The position numbers and the translations under genes were made by a program. From assembly GCA_965215955.1 (NCBI GenBank), contig OZ244132.1, forward strand, positions 1,452,323 through 1,516,322: DNA of 64,000 nt. The letters run 5' to 3'. How positions within the stretch are numbered: the stretch's first letter is position 1; every line of letters starts with the position of its first letter. Positions 48,133 to 57,421 of this stretch are shown in pieces. A model generated the notes under the pieces. That model was not told the origin of the DNA. It saw only the letters and a list, made by a program, of their open reading frames with translations, and made no database searches. This DNA comes from Henriciella sp. Its GTDB lineage: Bacteria > Pseudomonadota > Alphaproteobacteria > Caulobacterales > Hyphomonadaceae.

Positions 48133-50040
48133 ATGAAGTTACGGCGAATTGGTCTTGGGAAAAGCCTGCTCAGCCTGTCTTGTGGGGCGCTTTTGACGGC
48201 TTGTGTTGGGGCTGTCGGTGAAGAGGCGGCGCCGAATCCTGTCACGGTCACCGAGACTCAAACCGCGCCTGTGAGTGATCGGCGCATAGAGGATGAGATC
48301 ATCTATTTCGTGCTGCCGGACCGATTTGAAAACGGGGATCCAGCGAACGATCGCGGCGGCATTGAGGGTGGTCGTCTGAAGGATGGCTATGATCCGACGG
48401 ATTTCGGATTCTATCATGGCGGCGACCTGAAAGGGCTGACGCAGAGATTGGATTATATCCAAGGCCTCGGCATGACCGCGATTTGGCTCACGCCGATTTT
48501 TGAAAACAATCCGGTGCAAGGTCCAGAGGGACAAGAGTCGTCCGGGTATCATGGTTATTGGATCACCGATTTCACCAATGTCGACCCGCACATCGGCACG
48601 CGCGAGGACTTTAAGGCCTTGGTCGATGCAGCGCACGCTCGCGGGATGAAAGTCTATATGGACATCATCACCAACCATACCGCTGATATTATCGCGTATC
48701 GTGAATGTCATGATCCAGAGGTTACGGGCGGTCCGACGTTTCGGTGTGATTATCGCTATATCGGAGACTATCCGTGGACCCGCCGCGCGAGTGATGGGGC
48801 AGCGATCAATGAGGGCTTTCTCGGCGATGATGGCGTGCATCAAACCGCGGAGAATTTTGCGAACCTAACGGAGCCAACTTGGGCCTACACGCCGTTCGTG
48901 CCGGAGCGGTTTGAGGGCGTCAAAACTCCGGCTTGGCTGAATGACACGATCTATTACCACAATCGCGGTGAGACAGATTTTGTCGATGAGGATTCGCTCT
49001 ACGGTGACTTTGCTGGGCTCGATGATTTGAACACCGCGCATCCACGCGTCGTCGAGGGCATGATCGAAATCTATAAAGACTGGATCAGTGCCTATAATGT
49101 TGATGGCTTCCGGATCGATACTGCGAAACACGTTCGAGATGAGTTTTGGCAAACCTTCGCGCCAGCAATTCTGGGCCATGCTGCCAATTTGGGAATCGAT
49201 CACTTCCACATGTTTGGCGAGGTCTATGTTGATGGGCAAAAGCCGCAGCATCTTGCGCGCTTCACGACCAATGCAGGTCTGCCAACCGTCTTGGACTTTG
49301 CGTTCCAGTCGAGTGCGCGTGGTTTGATCGTCGACGAGAAGCCGGGGCTTTTCATGGACGAACTTTATCGCGCTGATGTGATCTATGCGAACGGCGCGGA
49401 GACAGCGCGCCAATTGCCCACATTCCTTGGCAATCACGATATGGGGCGGTTCGCGGGTTTCTTGCGTGAGCGTGATCCGGAGATGAGTGATGATGAGCTG
49501 TTTGCGCGTGTGCGTTTGGCGAATGCGCTCATGTTCTTCACGCGCGGTGTGCCGACGGTTTATTATGGCGATGAGCAGGGCTTTGTCTCAGATGGCGGCG
49601 ACCGGCTCGCCCGGGAAAACATGTTCCCGAGCCAGACTGATCTCTACAATGATAATGATTTGATTGCGACGGATGCGACGACGGCTGAAAGCAATTTCGA
49701 CACGGAGCACCCGCTCTATCTGGCGATTAAATCCTTTGCCGACATTCGCTCGCGCGAACCTGCCATTCGGCGCGGCGAGCAGGTCACGCGTCTTGCGCAT
49801 CGCGAAGACAGCCTTTTTGCCTTTTCGCGCATCGATTATGATGCCGGGACCGAAATTGTGGTTGCAATCAATGCCGAAGGAGAGGCCAAGGATATCAATA
49901 TCGCGGTTGATGGCCGCGCATCCGTTTTCTCTGCTTTGCTCGGGCAGTGCCGCGTCAACGCGGCCGCGCCCGGAAGTTATGCGATGACGGTGCCAGCGCT
50001 TGATGTTGTGGTCTGTAAAACTGAGTTTGGGGACGAGTAA
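48133..50040 (+). CDS. GH13 alpha-amylase/cyclomaltodextrinase-like lipoprotein (likely start 48133)
   Basis: Lipobox LLTAC, IYFVLPDRFENGD, YHGGDLKG, DIITNH, GFRIDTAKH, FGEVY, FLGNHD. Confidence 0.92.
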   Translation: MKLRRIGLGKSLLSLSCGALLTACVGAVGEEAAPNPVTVTETQTAPVSDRRIEDEIIYFVLPDRFENGDPANDRGGIEGGRLKDGYDPTDFGFYHGGDLKGLTQRLDYIQGLGMTAIWLTPIFENNPVQGPEGQESSGYHGYWITDFTNVDPHIGTREDFKALVDAAHARGMKVYMDIITNHTADIIAYRECHDPEVTGGPTFRCDYRYIGDYPWTRRASDGAAINEGFLGDDGVHQTAENFANLTEPTWAYTPFVPERFEGVKTPAWLNDTIYYHNRGETDFVDEDSLYGDFAGLDDLNTAHPRVVEGMIEIYKDWISAYNVDGFRIDTAKHVRDEFWQTFAPAILGHAANLGIDHFHMFGEVYVDGQKPQHLARFTTNAGLPTVLDFAFQSSARGLIVDEKPGLFMDELYRADVIYANGAETARQLPTFLGNHDMGRFAGFLRERDPEMSDDELFARVRLANALMFFTRGVPTVYYGDEQGFVSDGGDRLARENMFPSQTDLYNDNDLIATDATTAESNFDTEHPLYLAIKSFADIRSREPAIRRGEQVTRLAHREDSLFAFSRIDYDAGTEIVVAINAEGEAKDINIAVDGRASVFSALLGQCRVNAAAPGSYAMTVPALDVVVCKTEFGDE

Positions 50041-51692
50041 TGGCGGGAATGTCAGAGTCGCAGGAAACGACCATGCAGAGTGTCATGTCGGATTTGCCCT
50101 GGTGGAAAGGGGCGGTCATTTATCAGATCTATCCGCGCAGCTTTCGTGATACCAATGGCGACGGCATTGGCGATTTGCGCGGCGTGTTGGAGGGGCTCGA
50201 TCACATCGCCTCCCTCGGGGTCGACGGCATTTGGATCTCGCCTTTCTTCACTTCGCCAATGGCGGATTATGGGTATGATGTCGCCGACTTTTGCGGCGTA
50301 GACCCAATCTTCGGAACGCTTGAGGATTTCGATGCGGTGGTTGAAAAGGCGCATGCGCTCGGTCTCAAGGTAATCATCGATCAGGTCTATTCGCACACCT
50401 CTGATCACCATGACTGGTTCATTGAGAGTCGGTCGAGCCGGCACAATCCACGCGCTGATTGGTATGTCTGGGCGGATCCGAAATCGGATGGCTCACCACC
50501 GAGCAATTGGCAGTCTGTGTTTGGAGGGCCGAGTTGGGAATGGGATGCGCGGCGCGGCCAATACTATTTCCATAACTTCCTGAAAGAGCAGCCTGATCTC
50601 AATTTGTACAATGAGGAAGTCCAGGCGGCTTTGATTGCGGCGGGACGGTTTTGGCTCGATCGCGGCGTGGATGGGTTTCGTCTTGATGCCCTGAACTTTG
50701 GCATGCATGATCGCACGCTGAGAGACAATCCGCCGTCGGGGGTGCAGGCGCATGAAGCGACGCGGCCCTTCGACATGCAAATCCACAAATACAACATGTC
50801 CCAGCCAGACATTGTCGGCTTCATCGAGTCATTCCGCGATATGCTGAATGAGTATCCCGGCACATTTACGGTGGCTGAAGTGGGCGGGCCGAATCCGATT
50901 GGCGAGATGAAGGCCTTCACCGAAGGCGATGCGCGATTGAATTCAGCGTATAATTTCGACTTCCTATATGCGCCTGAATTGGGGGCGGAGCGTGTTATGC
51001 GGTCTGCGAACCTTTGGGATCAATCCGAGGAAGAAGGCTGGCCAAGTTGGGCGTTCTCGAACCATGACGCACCGCGCGCTGTGACGCGCTGGGCGCCGGG
51101 TGAGCAGCGCGATGAGATGGCGCGGCTGTATATGTTGCTGTTGCTGACGCTTCGCGGAAATCCGATCATTTACCAGGGTGAGGAGCTAGGACTGCCGCAA
51201 GCAAATGTGCCATTCTCGCATCTGAAGGACCCAGAGGCGATCATGAACTGGCCGAAGACGCTTGGGCGCGACGGGGCGCGTACCCCGCTGCCTTGGGAAG
51301 CTGCGAAGCCGCATGCTGGCTTTTCGTCTGCTGAGCCGTGGCTTCCGCTTGATCCCGAGCATGCCAAGCTTGCTGTCGATCAGCAGCAAGGCAATGACAG
51401 CATGCTGCGCTTCACCTCAGAGGCTTTGGCGGTGCGCAAGCGGTTTGAGGCGTTGCTGCACGGTAAAATGACGTTCCATGAAATGGCGCAGGACTCGGCT
51501 CTGATCATTCGCCGCGAGTCAGAAGGCGGGGCGATTATCGCCTTGTTCAATTTCGGCGATGCGCCTGTTGCGATCCCTGAAGGCTTGGTATCGGGCGGCG
51601 ATATGGTGCTGTCTTCAAGGCCTCTTAAGGAAGATTTGCTACAGGATCAGGCTGTTCCGGCGCGCGCCGGTGTATGGGTTCGCGCGCGCTAA
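50040..51692 (+). CDS. GH13 alpha-glucosidase (oligo-1,6-glucosidase subgroup), cytoplasmic
   Basis: WWKGAVIYQIYPRSF, DQVYSHTS, QPDLN, GFRLDALN, VAEV, FSNHD, GRDGARTP. TAATG coupling with the upstream gene. Confidence 0.93.
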   Translation: MAGMSESQETTMQSVMSDLPWWKGAVIYQIYPRSFRDTNGDGIGDLRGVLEGLDHIASLGVDGIWISPFFTSPMADYGYDVADFCGVDPIFGTLEDFDAVVEKAHALGLKVIIDQVYSHTSDHHDWFIESRSSRHNPRADWYVWADPKSDGSPPSNWQSVFGGPSWEWDARRGQYYFHNFLKEQPDLNLYNEEVQAALIAAGRFWLDRGVDGFRLDALNFGMHDRTLRDNPPSGVQAHEATRPFDMQIHKYNMSQPDIVGFIESFRDMLNEYPGTFTVAEVGGPNPIGEMKAFTEGDARLNSAYNFDFLYAPELGAERVMRSANLWDQSEEEGWPSWAFSNHDAPRAVTRWAPGEQRDEMARLYMLLLLTLRGNPIIYQGEELGLPQANVPFSHLKDPEAIMNWPKTLGRDGARTPLPWEAAKPHAGFSSAEPWLPLDPEHAKLAVDQQQGNDSMLRFTSEALAVRKRFEALLHGKMTFHEMAQDSALIIRRESEGGAIIALFNFGDAPVAIPEGLVSGGDMVLSSRPLKEDLLQDQAVPARAGVWVRAR

Positions 51693-51706
51693 GTAGGGAG
51701 TGAGTC

Positions 51707-52726
51707 ATGGAGACCAAGCCGACAACGCGCCTTGAAGATCTTGCCAAGCAGGCGGGGGTTTCGATCTCAACGGCTTCGCGGGCGCTGAATGATAGCCCGG
51801 CGGTCAATGTGCGCACGAAGCAAAAGATCTGGAAGCTGGCGCGCGAGCTCGATTACCCGTTTCGGGCCTATATGCCGGCTGGCCCGATTGGCGCCAACGC
51901 TACCATTTCTATCGTTGTGCCGCGACCGCAAAGCCGCGAAGGTCGCATGGCGGATCCATTCTTTTTCGAATTGCTTGCCGGTATCGGTGACGCGGCTCGC
52001 GAGCGCGGCTGCGATATCCTGCTCAGCTATATCGCGCCATCTTCATATGATGAGCTTGCGACCGCGATGTCGACCAGTCGCTCAGATGGCGTGATCTTCT
52101 TGGGGCAGTCCACTCTACATGAGGCGTTTAATCGATTGGCCGAGGTTGAAGATCGTTTTGTGGTGTGGGGCGCGTCCTTGCCTGAGCAGTCTTATTGTTC
52201 GGTGGGCAGTGACAATATTGCCGGTGGGCGCCGCGCGACCTCGCATCTGGCGCGTCTTGGTCGCAAGAAAATCATCTTTCTCGGCGACTCCGATGCGCCG
52301 GAAATTGGGCAACGCATGCGCGGTTATCGCGAGGGGCTGGAGCTTGCGGGCTTGCCTTATGAGGATCGATTGGTTGTGCCAGCGCACTTCCAGGTCGCGT
52401 CCGCGCGTGCCGTCGTCGAGACTTTGATCTCGGAAAAGGCTGACTTTGATGCGATCTTTGCGGCCAGTGACTTGATTGCGCTCGGGGCAATTCAAGCCAT
52501 TCGCCGGGCAGGGCTGTCCGTGCCGGAGGATGTCGCGATCGTCGGCTACGACAATGTTCCGTTCGGGGTTTATGCCGAAGTGCCATTGAGCACGATTGAT
52601 CAGGACACGAGCAAAGCGGGCCGAGTGTTGGTGTCGAAATTGCTCGACTCATCTGGTCAGCGCGGCCCCGACGATGATCGAATTCCAGCTGAATTGATCG
52701 TCCGAGCTTCTTGCGGCGCGGACTAA
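51707..52726 (+). CDS. LacI-family regulator (MalR/MalI-like)
   Basis: LEDLAKQAGVSISTASRALN HTH, DNIAGG, AIFAASDLIALGAI, VGYDN, LIVRAS. Confidence 0.93.
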   Translation: METKPTTRLEDLAKQAGVSISTASRALNDSPAVNVRTKQKIWKLARELDYPFRAYMPAGPIGANATISIVVPRPQSREGRMADPFFFELLAGIGDAARERGCDILLSYIAPSSYDELATAMSTSRSDGVIFLGQSTLHEAFNRLAEVEDRFVVWGASLPEQSYCSVGSDNIAGGRRATSHLARLGRKKIIFLGDSDAPEIGQRMRGYREGLELAGLPYEDRLVVPAHFQVASARAVVETLISEKADFDAIFAASDLIALGAIQAIRRAGLSVPEDVAIVGYDNVPFGVYAEVPLSTIDQDTSKAGRVLVSKLLDSSGQRGPDDDRIPAELIVRASCGAD

Positions 52727-52746
52727 CACTCGTTCCGCGAGTGGTT

Positions 52747-52782
52747 TTTCATAGATTTTCAGTTCTTTGCAAAATTTTGCAT
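52747..52782. promoter_or_regulatory. Candidate LacI operator array, copy 3
   Basis: TTTCAT, TTTCAG, TTGCAA and TTGCAT at 52747, 52757, 52767 and 52777 (10-bp period). The last pair gives TTGCAA-AATT-TTGCAT. Confidence 0.5.
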
Positions 52783-53024
52783 TGCTTCGCGTGCCGCAAA
52801 TTTTTTGACTTTTTCAGCGTTTTTGAGCGATCGATAGGCAGCTGAAGCGCCTATATGGTAGCGTTCTCAGCATCAAATGATGTATTTTGGTCACGATCCA
52901 CCTGTCAAAGCGCATGGCTTGCATGCGAAAGGGGTTGGCGTTTTCATAAATTTGCAATAAAGAGGACGAGTCAGAAAGTGGCGGAGTGTCACATTTCCTG
53001 TGCGCAAGGTTTAGGGAGGAACAA

Positions 53025-55799
53025 TTGAAGACAACATTCATGAACAAGAAGAGCTGGCTGCTCGGAACGGCTGCTTTGGCGCTTGTCGCGAGTGCGCCTG
53101 TTTACGCTCAAGAAGCATCCGAAGACGCTGAAGATGAGCAAGCGACACTCGATGTGGTGACCGTGACCGGTATCCGGGGATCGATCCAAAACTCATTGAA
53201 CGCAAAGAAGAACGCGACTTCAATTGTCGAAGCGATCTCAGCTGAGGACATTGGTAAGCTTCCAGATCTTTCAATCGCCGATTCGCTCGCGCGCTTGCCG
53301 GGTGTCACAGCGCAACGTGTTCGCGGTCGCTCTCAGCAGATCTCAATTCGCGGCCTTGGCCCGGATTTCTCACTCGCGCTTTGGAATGGCCGCGAAGTCG
53401 TTTCTGCGGGTAACAATCGCGGCGTAGAGTTTGACCAGTTCCCATCTGAATTGGTGGCGCAGGGTGTGGTCTATAAGACCCCGGATGCGACGCTGGCTGC
53501 GACGGGTATCGCTGGCGCGATTGATCTGCGCACCGTTCGCCCACTGGACTATACTGAGCGCAAGCTGAACTTCTCCGGGAAGTATGTGTTCAACGACAAT
53601 GATCAGCCAAACCCGGATTTTGACGAAGACGGTTATCGTCTCTTCGGATCTTACATCGACCAAAACGAGAATGGCACGATTGGTTGGTCGCTTGCGGGAA
53701 CGATCCAGTCGAACCCAACTCAGTTCACGTCTCGTGAGCTGAAAACGAATAGCGGTCAGACCTCTATCGATCCGGCAACAGGACTGGTTTATCCGTCTGA
53801 TAACCCGCGGACGGGTGTTGTGTCTCGTGAGTTTGAGCGGACATCTGTCGCAGGTGCGTTGCAGTTCGAGCCAAACGATCGCTGGCAGACAACGATTGAT
53901 GCGTTCTACACCGATACTGAAGATGCCGGTATCTTCCGCGGTGTTGAAACGCCGATCGCATCTTGGTCATCTGCGCAGTTCCAGGGAACCGCTGGAACCT
54001 CAGGTTTTGCTGATGCGGCTGTCTACAACAATGTCACGACATTCCTCCGGACCGACACTGAAGGCAACACGGCAGAGATTTTCGCGATTGGTTTGAACAG
54101 TTCATACCAAGTCTCAGACCGATTGAAGGTCACCGGTGACTATGCGCGCTCGACGCTCGATCGTAACGACATCGATTATGAGTCTTATGCTGGGACCGGC
54201 TTTGCGGGCTCAGGCCCGACCGACACGCTTGGTTTTGGCTTCGACGATGATGGCGAGTACGCCATTGCGGCCGGTCTTGATTACACCGATCCTGGTGTAG
54301 TTGTGCTCACCGACCCAGGTGGCTGGGGACAAGTCGGCTTTATCAAAGAGCCGAAGATCGAAGACGAGCTGAACCAGCTTCGGCTTGAAGCAGAGTACGA
54401 TATTGGCGGTGAGATCATCACTGGCGTCAAAGCAGGTATTCTGTACACGGATCGTGAGAAGACGTTTGACTCAAACGAGAACTTTATCCGGGCTGGCGCA
54501 AACTTTGTGAATGGCGAGTTTGCGATCCCAAGCAACCGGATCGTCGGTGCGACTGACTCAGGAAATATTGGCCTCGACATCATCGCCTATGATCCATCCA
54601 GCTTCCTGACGGATGGCACCTATTCGCTTGAGAAAGCGACCTTTGATACTGAGTGGGTTGTTGAGGAAGAAATCACAACTTTCTACGCGATGGCTGAGAT
54701 CGACAGCACGTTTAACGGCGTGCCAGTGTTCGGTAATGTTGGCTTCCAGTATCAGGACGTTGATCAGTCATCGACGGCGAATCTGCAGGGCGGCGGTGAG
54801 CGGCAACAAACACTTGGCGACTCAAACACATACTTCCTGCCAAGCGCCAACCTGTCATTTGAGGTCTCACCAGACACCTTCTTGCGGCTCGCTGCTGCCA
54901 AGACGGTAACGAGACCACGGCTCGACAATCTCGCGGCCAACCAAACTGTGTCGATCAACAATCAGGTTTGTGCCGACACGGATGGTGATTTCGTCCCAGA
55001 CTCATTGGTTGGATTTACGATCCCGACCAATCCGTGTTTCAACATCAGTGGAGGTAACCCGCAACTGGAGCCGTACCAGTCGACATCCTTCGATGTGTCA
55101 TTCGAAAAGTACTTTGGACCGACGACCGCGCTTAGCGTCGCTGTGTTCCACAAGGAGCTTTCAGATTGGGTCGAAACCGCGACACGGACGACGGACATCA
55201 CTGAGCAGCTGACATCGATCGGTGTTCCTGCCTTGGATTCTTTCGTCGCTGCGAACCCTCAAGTTGCAACCGCTGTGACAAGCTTCCCAGAGAATATTTC
55301 GGACGGGTCGATCACGGGTATCGAAGCAACATTGCGCATGAGCCTGGATGATTACCTGCCGGCGCAGTTTGAAGGCTTTGGCTTCAATGCAAGCTACACC
55401 TATGCCGATAGCAGCTTGTCCGGAGCGGTCAGCGGAAACGACATCCGTATCCCAGGATATTCTGACAATGTCTGGTCTGGTGATCTCTACTATGAAAACC
55501 ATGGCTGGCGGACGCGGATCAGTGCACGTCATCGCTCAGGCTTCCTGTCAGAGGTGCCTCAGTTTGATGGATCGCTCACAGGTGCGGAAGCTCAGGACGA
55601 AACCATTGTCGATCTGCAGATCGGATATGAATGGGAAGACGGAGCGCTCGAAGGTCTTGGTGTGAACTTCGAAGTGTTCAACCTCACAAATGAGCCATTC
55701 GTGACCGAGGCAGAAACAGCTGACCCAAGCGTGGTCTTCCCAAGCCGACACGAACTTTATGGCACCACCTACAACATCACGGTGTCCAAGAAATTCTAG
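53025..55799 (+). CDS. TonB-dependent receptor, MalA-like (likely TTG start 53025)
   Basis: RBS GGAGG, signal peptide, VVTVTGIRGS, ISAEDIGKLPD, LARLPGVT, VYKTPDA, terminal VSKKF. Located in the alpha-glucan locus. Confidence 0.93.
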   Translation: MKTTFMNKKSWLLGTAALALVASAPVYAQEASEDAEDEQATLDVVTVTGIRGSIQNSLNAKKNATSIVEAISAEDIGKLPDLSIADSLARLPGVTAQRVRGRSQQISIRGLGPDFSLALWNGREVVSAGNNRGVEFDQFPSELVAQGVVYKTPDATLAATGIAGAIDLRTVRPLDYTERKLNFSGKYVFNDNDQPNPDFDEDGYRLFGSYIDQNENGTIGWSLAGTIQSNPTQFTSRELKTNSGQTSIDPATGLVYPSDNPRTGVVSREFERTSVAGALQFEPNDRWQTTIDAFYTDTEDAGIFRGVETPIASWSSAQFQGTAGTSGFADAAVYNNVTTFLRTDTEGNTAEIFAIGLNSSYQVSDRLKVTGDYARSTLDRNDIDYESYAGTGFAGSGPTDTLGFGFDDDGEYAIAAGLDYTDPGVVVLTDPGGWGQVGFIKEPKIEDELNQLRLEAEYDIGGEIITGVKAGILYTDREKTFDSNENFIRAGANFVNGEFAIPSNRIVGATDSGNIGLDIIAYDPSSFLTDGTYSLEKATFDTEWVVEEEITTFYAMAEIDSTFNGVPVFGNVGFQYQDVDQSSTANLQGGGERQQTLGDSNTYFLPSANLSFEVSPDTFLRLAAAKTVTRPRLDNLAANQTVSINNQVCADTDGDFVPDSLVGFTIPTNPCFNISGGNPQLEPYQSTSFDVSFEKYFGPTTALSVAVFHKELSDWVETATRTTDITEQLTSIGVPALDSFVAANPQVATAVTSFPENISDGSITGIEATLRMSLDDYLPAQFEGFGFNASYTYADSSLSGAVSGNDIRIPGYSDNVWSGDLYYENHGWRTRISARHRSGFLSEVPQFDGSLTGAEAQDETIVDLQIGYEWEDGALEGLGVNFEVFNLTNEPFVTEAETADPSVVFPSRHELYGTTYNITVSKKF

Positions 55800-55826
55800 C
55801 TTGCAGTGAGAGTTAGAATCCTCCCG

Positions 55827-55866
55827 GAAGGGGCCTGTTTTCGGACAGGCCTCTTCTTTCGTTTTG
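55827..55866 (+). terminator. Intrinsic terminator after the MalA-like receptor
   Basis: 13-bp stem (55827-55839 / 55844-55856) with a TTCG tetraloop, followed by TTTCGTTTTG. Confidence 0.8.
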
Positions 55867-55912
55867 GGTTTATAGGCTGGGCGAAGGCGTGAAGCCGGAT
55901 TAGGGTTAGCAG

Positions 55913-57421
55913 ATGCAGAGCCAACATATTGAACGCGTTGTGATTGTAGGGGGCGGTACAGCCGGCTGGATTGCAGCGGCGTCGATGGCACGACTCCTTG
56001 GGCCCTCGGTAAAGATCACGCTGATCGAATCTGAAGCCATTGGCACGGTCGGTGTGGGTGAGGCGACGATCCCGCAAATCCGTCGCCTGAATGGTGTGCT
56101 TGGTCTCGATGAGCATGAGTTTGTGCGCGAAACCCGCGGCACCTTCAAGCTCGGCATCGAGTTCAACAATTGGGGCCACATTGGCGAGCGCTATCTGCAC
56201 ACATTTGGCGATGCCGGGATCAATCTCGCGAGCTTGCACTTTCATCACTATTGGTTGCGCAGCCGAGCCGAAGGACAGGCGGCGAGCCTTTGGGATTACT
56301 CGCTTCACCATAAGGCGGCCTATGCAAACAAGTTCGGGCGATTAGACCGCGTCGGCAATACGTCCATGACCGGTCTAGCTTATGCGTTTCACTTCGATGC
56401 TGGGCTCTATGCGCGCTACCTTCGCAAACATGCCGAAGCGAACGGTGTCACGCGGATCGAAGGCAAAGTGGTCGATGTCGCATTGGAGCCTGAGACAGGC
56501 CACATCAACAATTTGACCCTGGAAAGTGGTCAGGCCGTGGCGGGCGATCTTTTTGTCGACTGCTCGGGCTTTCGCGGATTGTTGATCGGGCAAGCGCTCG
56601 GCGTTGGCTATCAGGATTGGTCGAAATGGCTGCCTTGCGATGGCGCCGTCGCCGTCGGGTGCGAGAGTACGCAGCCACTCCTGCCATACACAAAAGCCAC
56701 CGCGCATGATGCGGGCTGGCAGTGGCGTATTCCATTGCAGCATCGGACCGGCAATGGCCATGTTTTCTGCGAACAATTTACCAGCGAAGACAAAGCCACC
56801 GAGACACTGCTTGAAAACCTGGACGGCGCGCCAATGGGAGACCCGAAGCGTCTGCGCTTCACAACCGGAAGACGCGAGAAATTCTGGCACAAGAATTGTG
56901 TCTCGCTTGGGCTCGCGAGTGGGTTTCTGGAGCCCCTGGAATCAACCTCAATCCACCTGATCCAGTCGAACGTCTCGAAACTCATTGAACTGTTTCCGGA
57001 CAAGACTTTCGATGCTTCGAATGAGCGCGAGTATAACCGCCAGGTTAGCCATGAATATGAGCTGATCCGAGACTTCTTGATCCTGCACTATCATCGAACA
57101 GACCGGGAGGATTCGGAGTTCTGGCGGTACTGCAAACACATGTCCGTCCCGGAGAGTTTAACCGAAAAGATGAAGCTCTTTTCGAGCAATGGGCTGCTCT
57201 TCAAAGATGCCGAGGATCTGTTCCGGGAGTCGAGTTGGGTGCAGGTCATGGTCGGGCAGGGGCTTATGCCAAAAAGCTTCCATGCCATGGCCAATCGAGT
57301 ATCGGCTGAGCAGCTGAACAACTTCCTATCGGATGTGAAAAAGCTGATTGCGCGCGCGACAAATGATCTGCCGCAGCACCAGGATTTTATTGAGGCTCAC
57401 TGCAAAGCAGATTTGCAGTAG
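55913..57421 (+). CDS. Tryptophan-halogenase-family flavoprotein, copy 1
   Basis: VGGGTAGW, GVGEATIP, GTFKLGIEF (catalytic Lys position), WQWRIPLQHRTGNG, GFLEPLESTS. Confidence 0.92.
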   Translation: MQSQHIERVVIVGGGTAGWIAAASMARLLGPSVKITLIESEAIGTVGVGEATIPQIRRLNGVLGLDEHEFVRETRGTFKLGIEFNNWGHIGERYLHTFGDAGINLASLHFHHYWLRSRAEGQAASLWDYSLHHKAAYANKFGRLDRVGNTSMTGLAYAFHFDAGLYARYLRKHAEANGVTRIEGKVVDVALEPETGHINNLTLESGQAVAGDLFVDCSGFRGLLIGQALGVGYQDWSKWLPCDGAVAVGCESTQPLLPYTKATAHDAGWQWRIPLQHRTGNGHVFCEQFTSEDKATETLLENLDGAPMGDPKRLRFTTGRREKFWHKNCVSLGLASGFLEPLESTSIHLIQSNVSKLIELFPDKTFDASNEREYNRQVSHEYELIRDFLILHYHRTDREDSEFWRYCKHMSVPESLTEKMKLFSSNGLLFKDAEDLFRESSWVQVMVGQGLMPKSFHAMANRVSAEQLNNFLSDVKKLIARATNDLPQHQDFIEAHCKADLQ

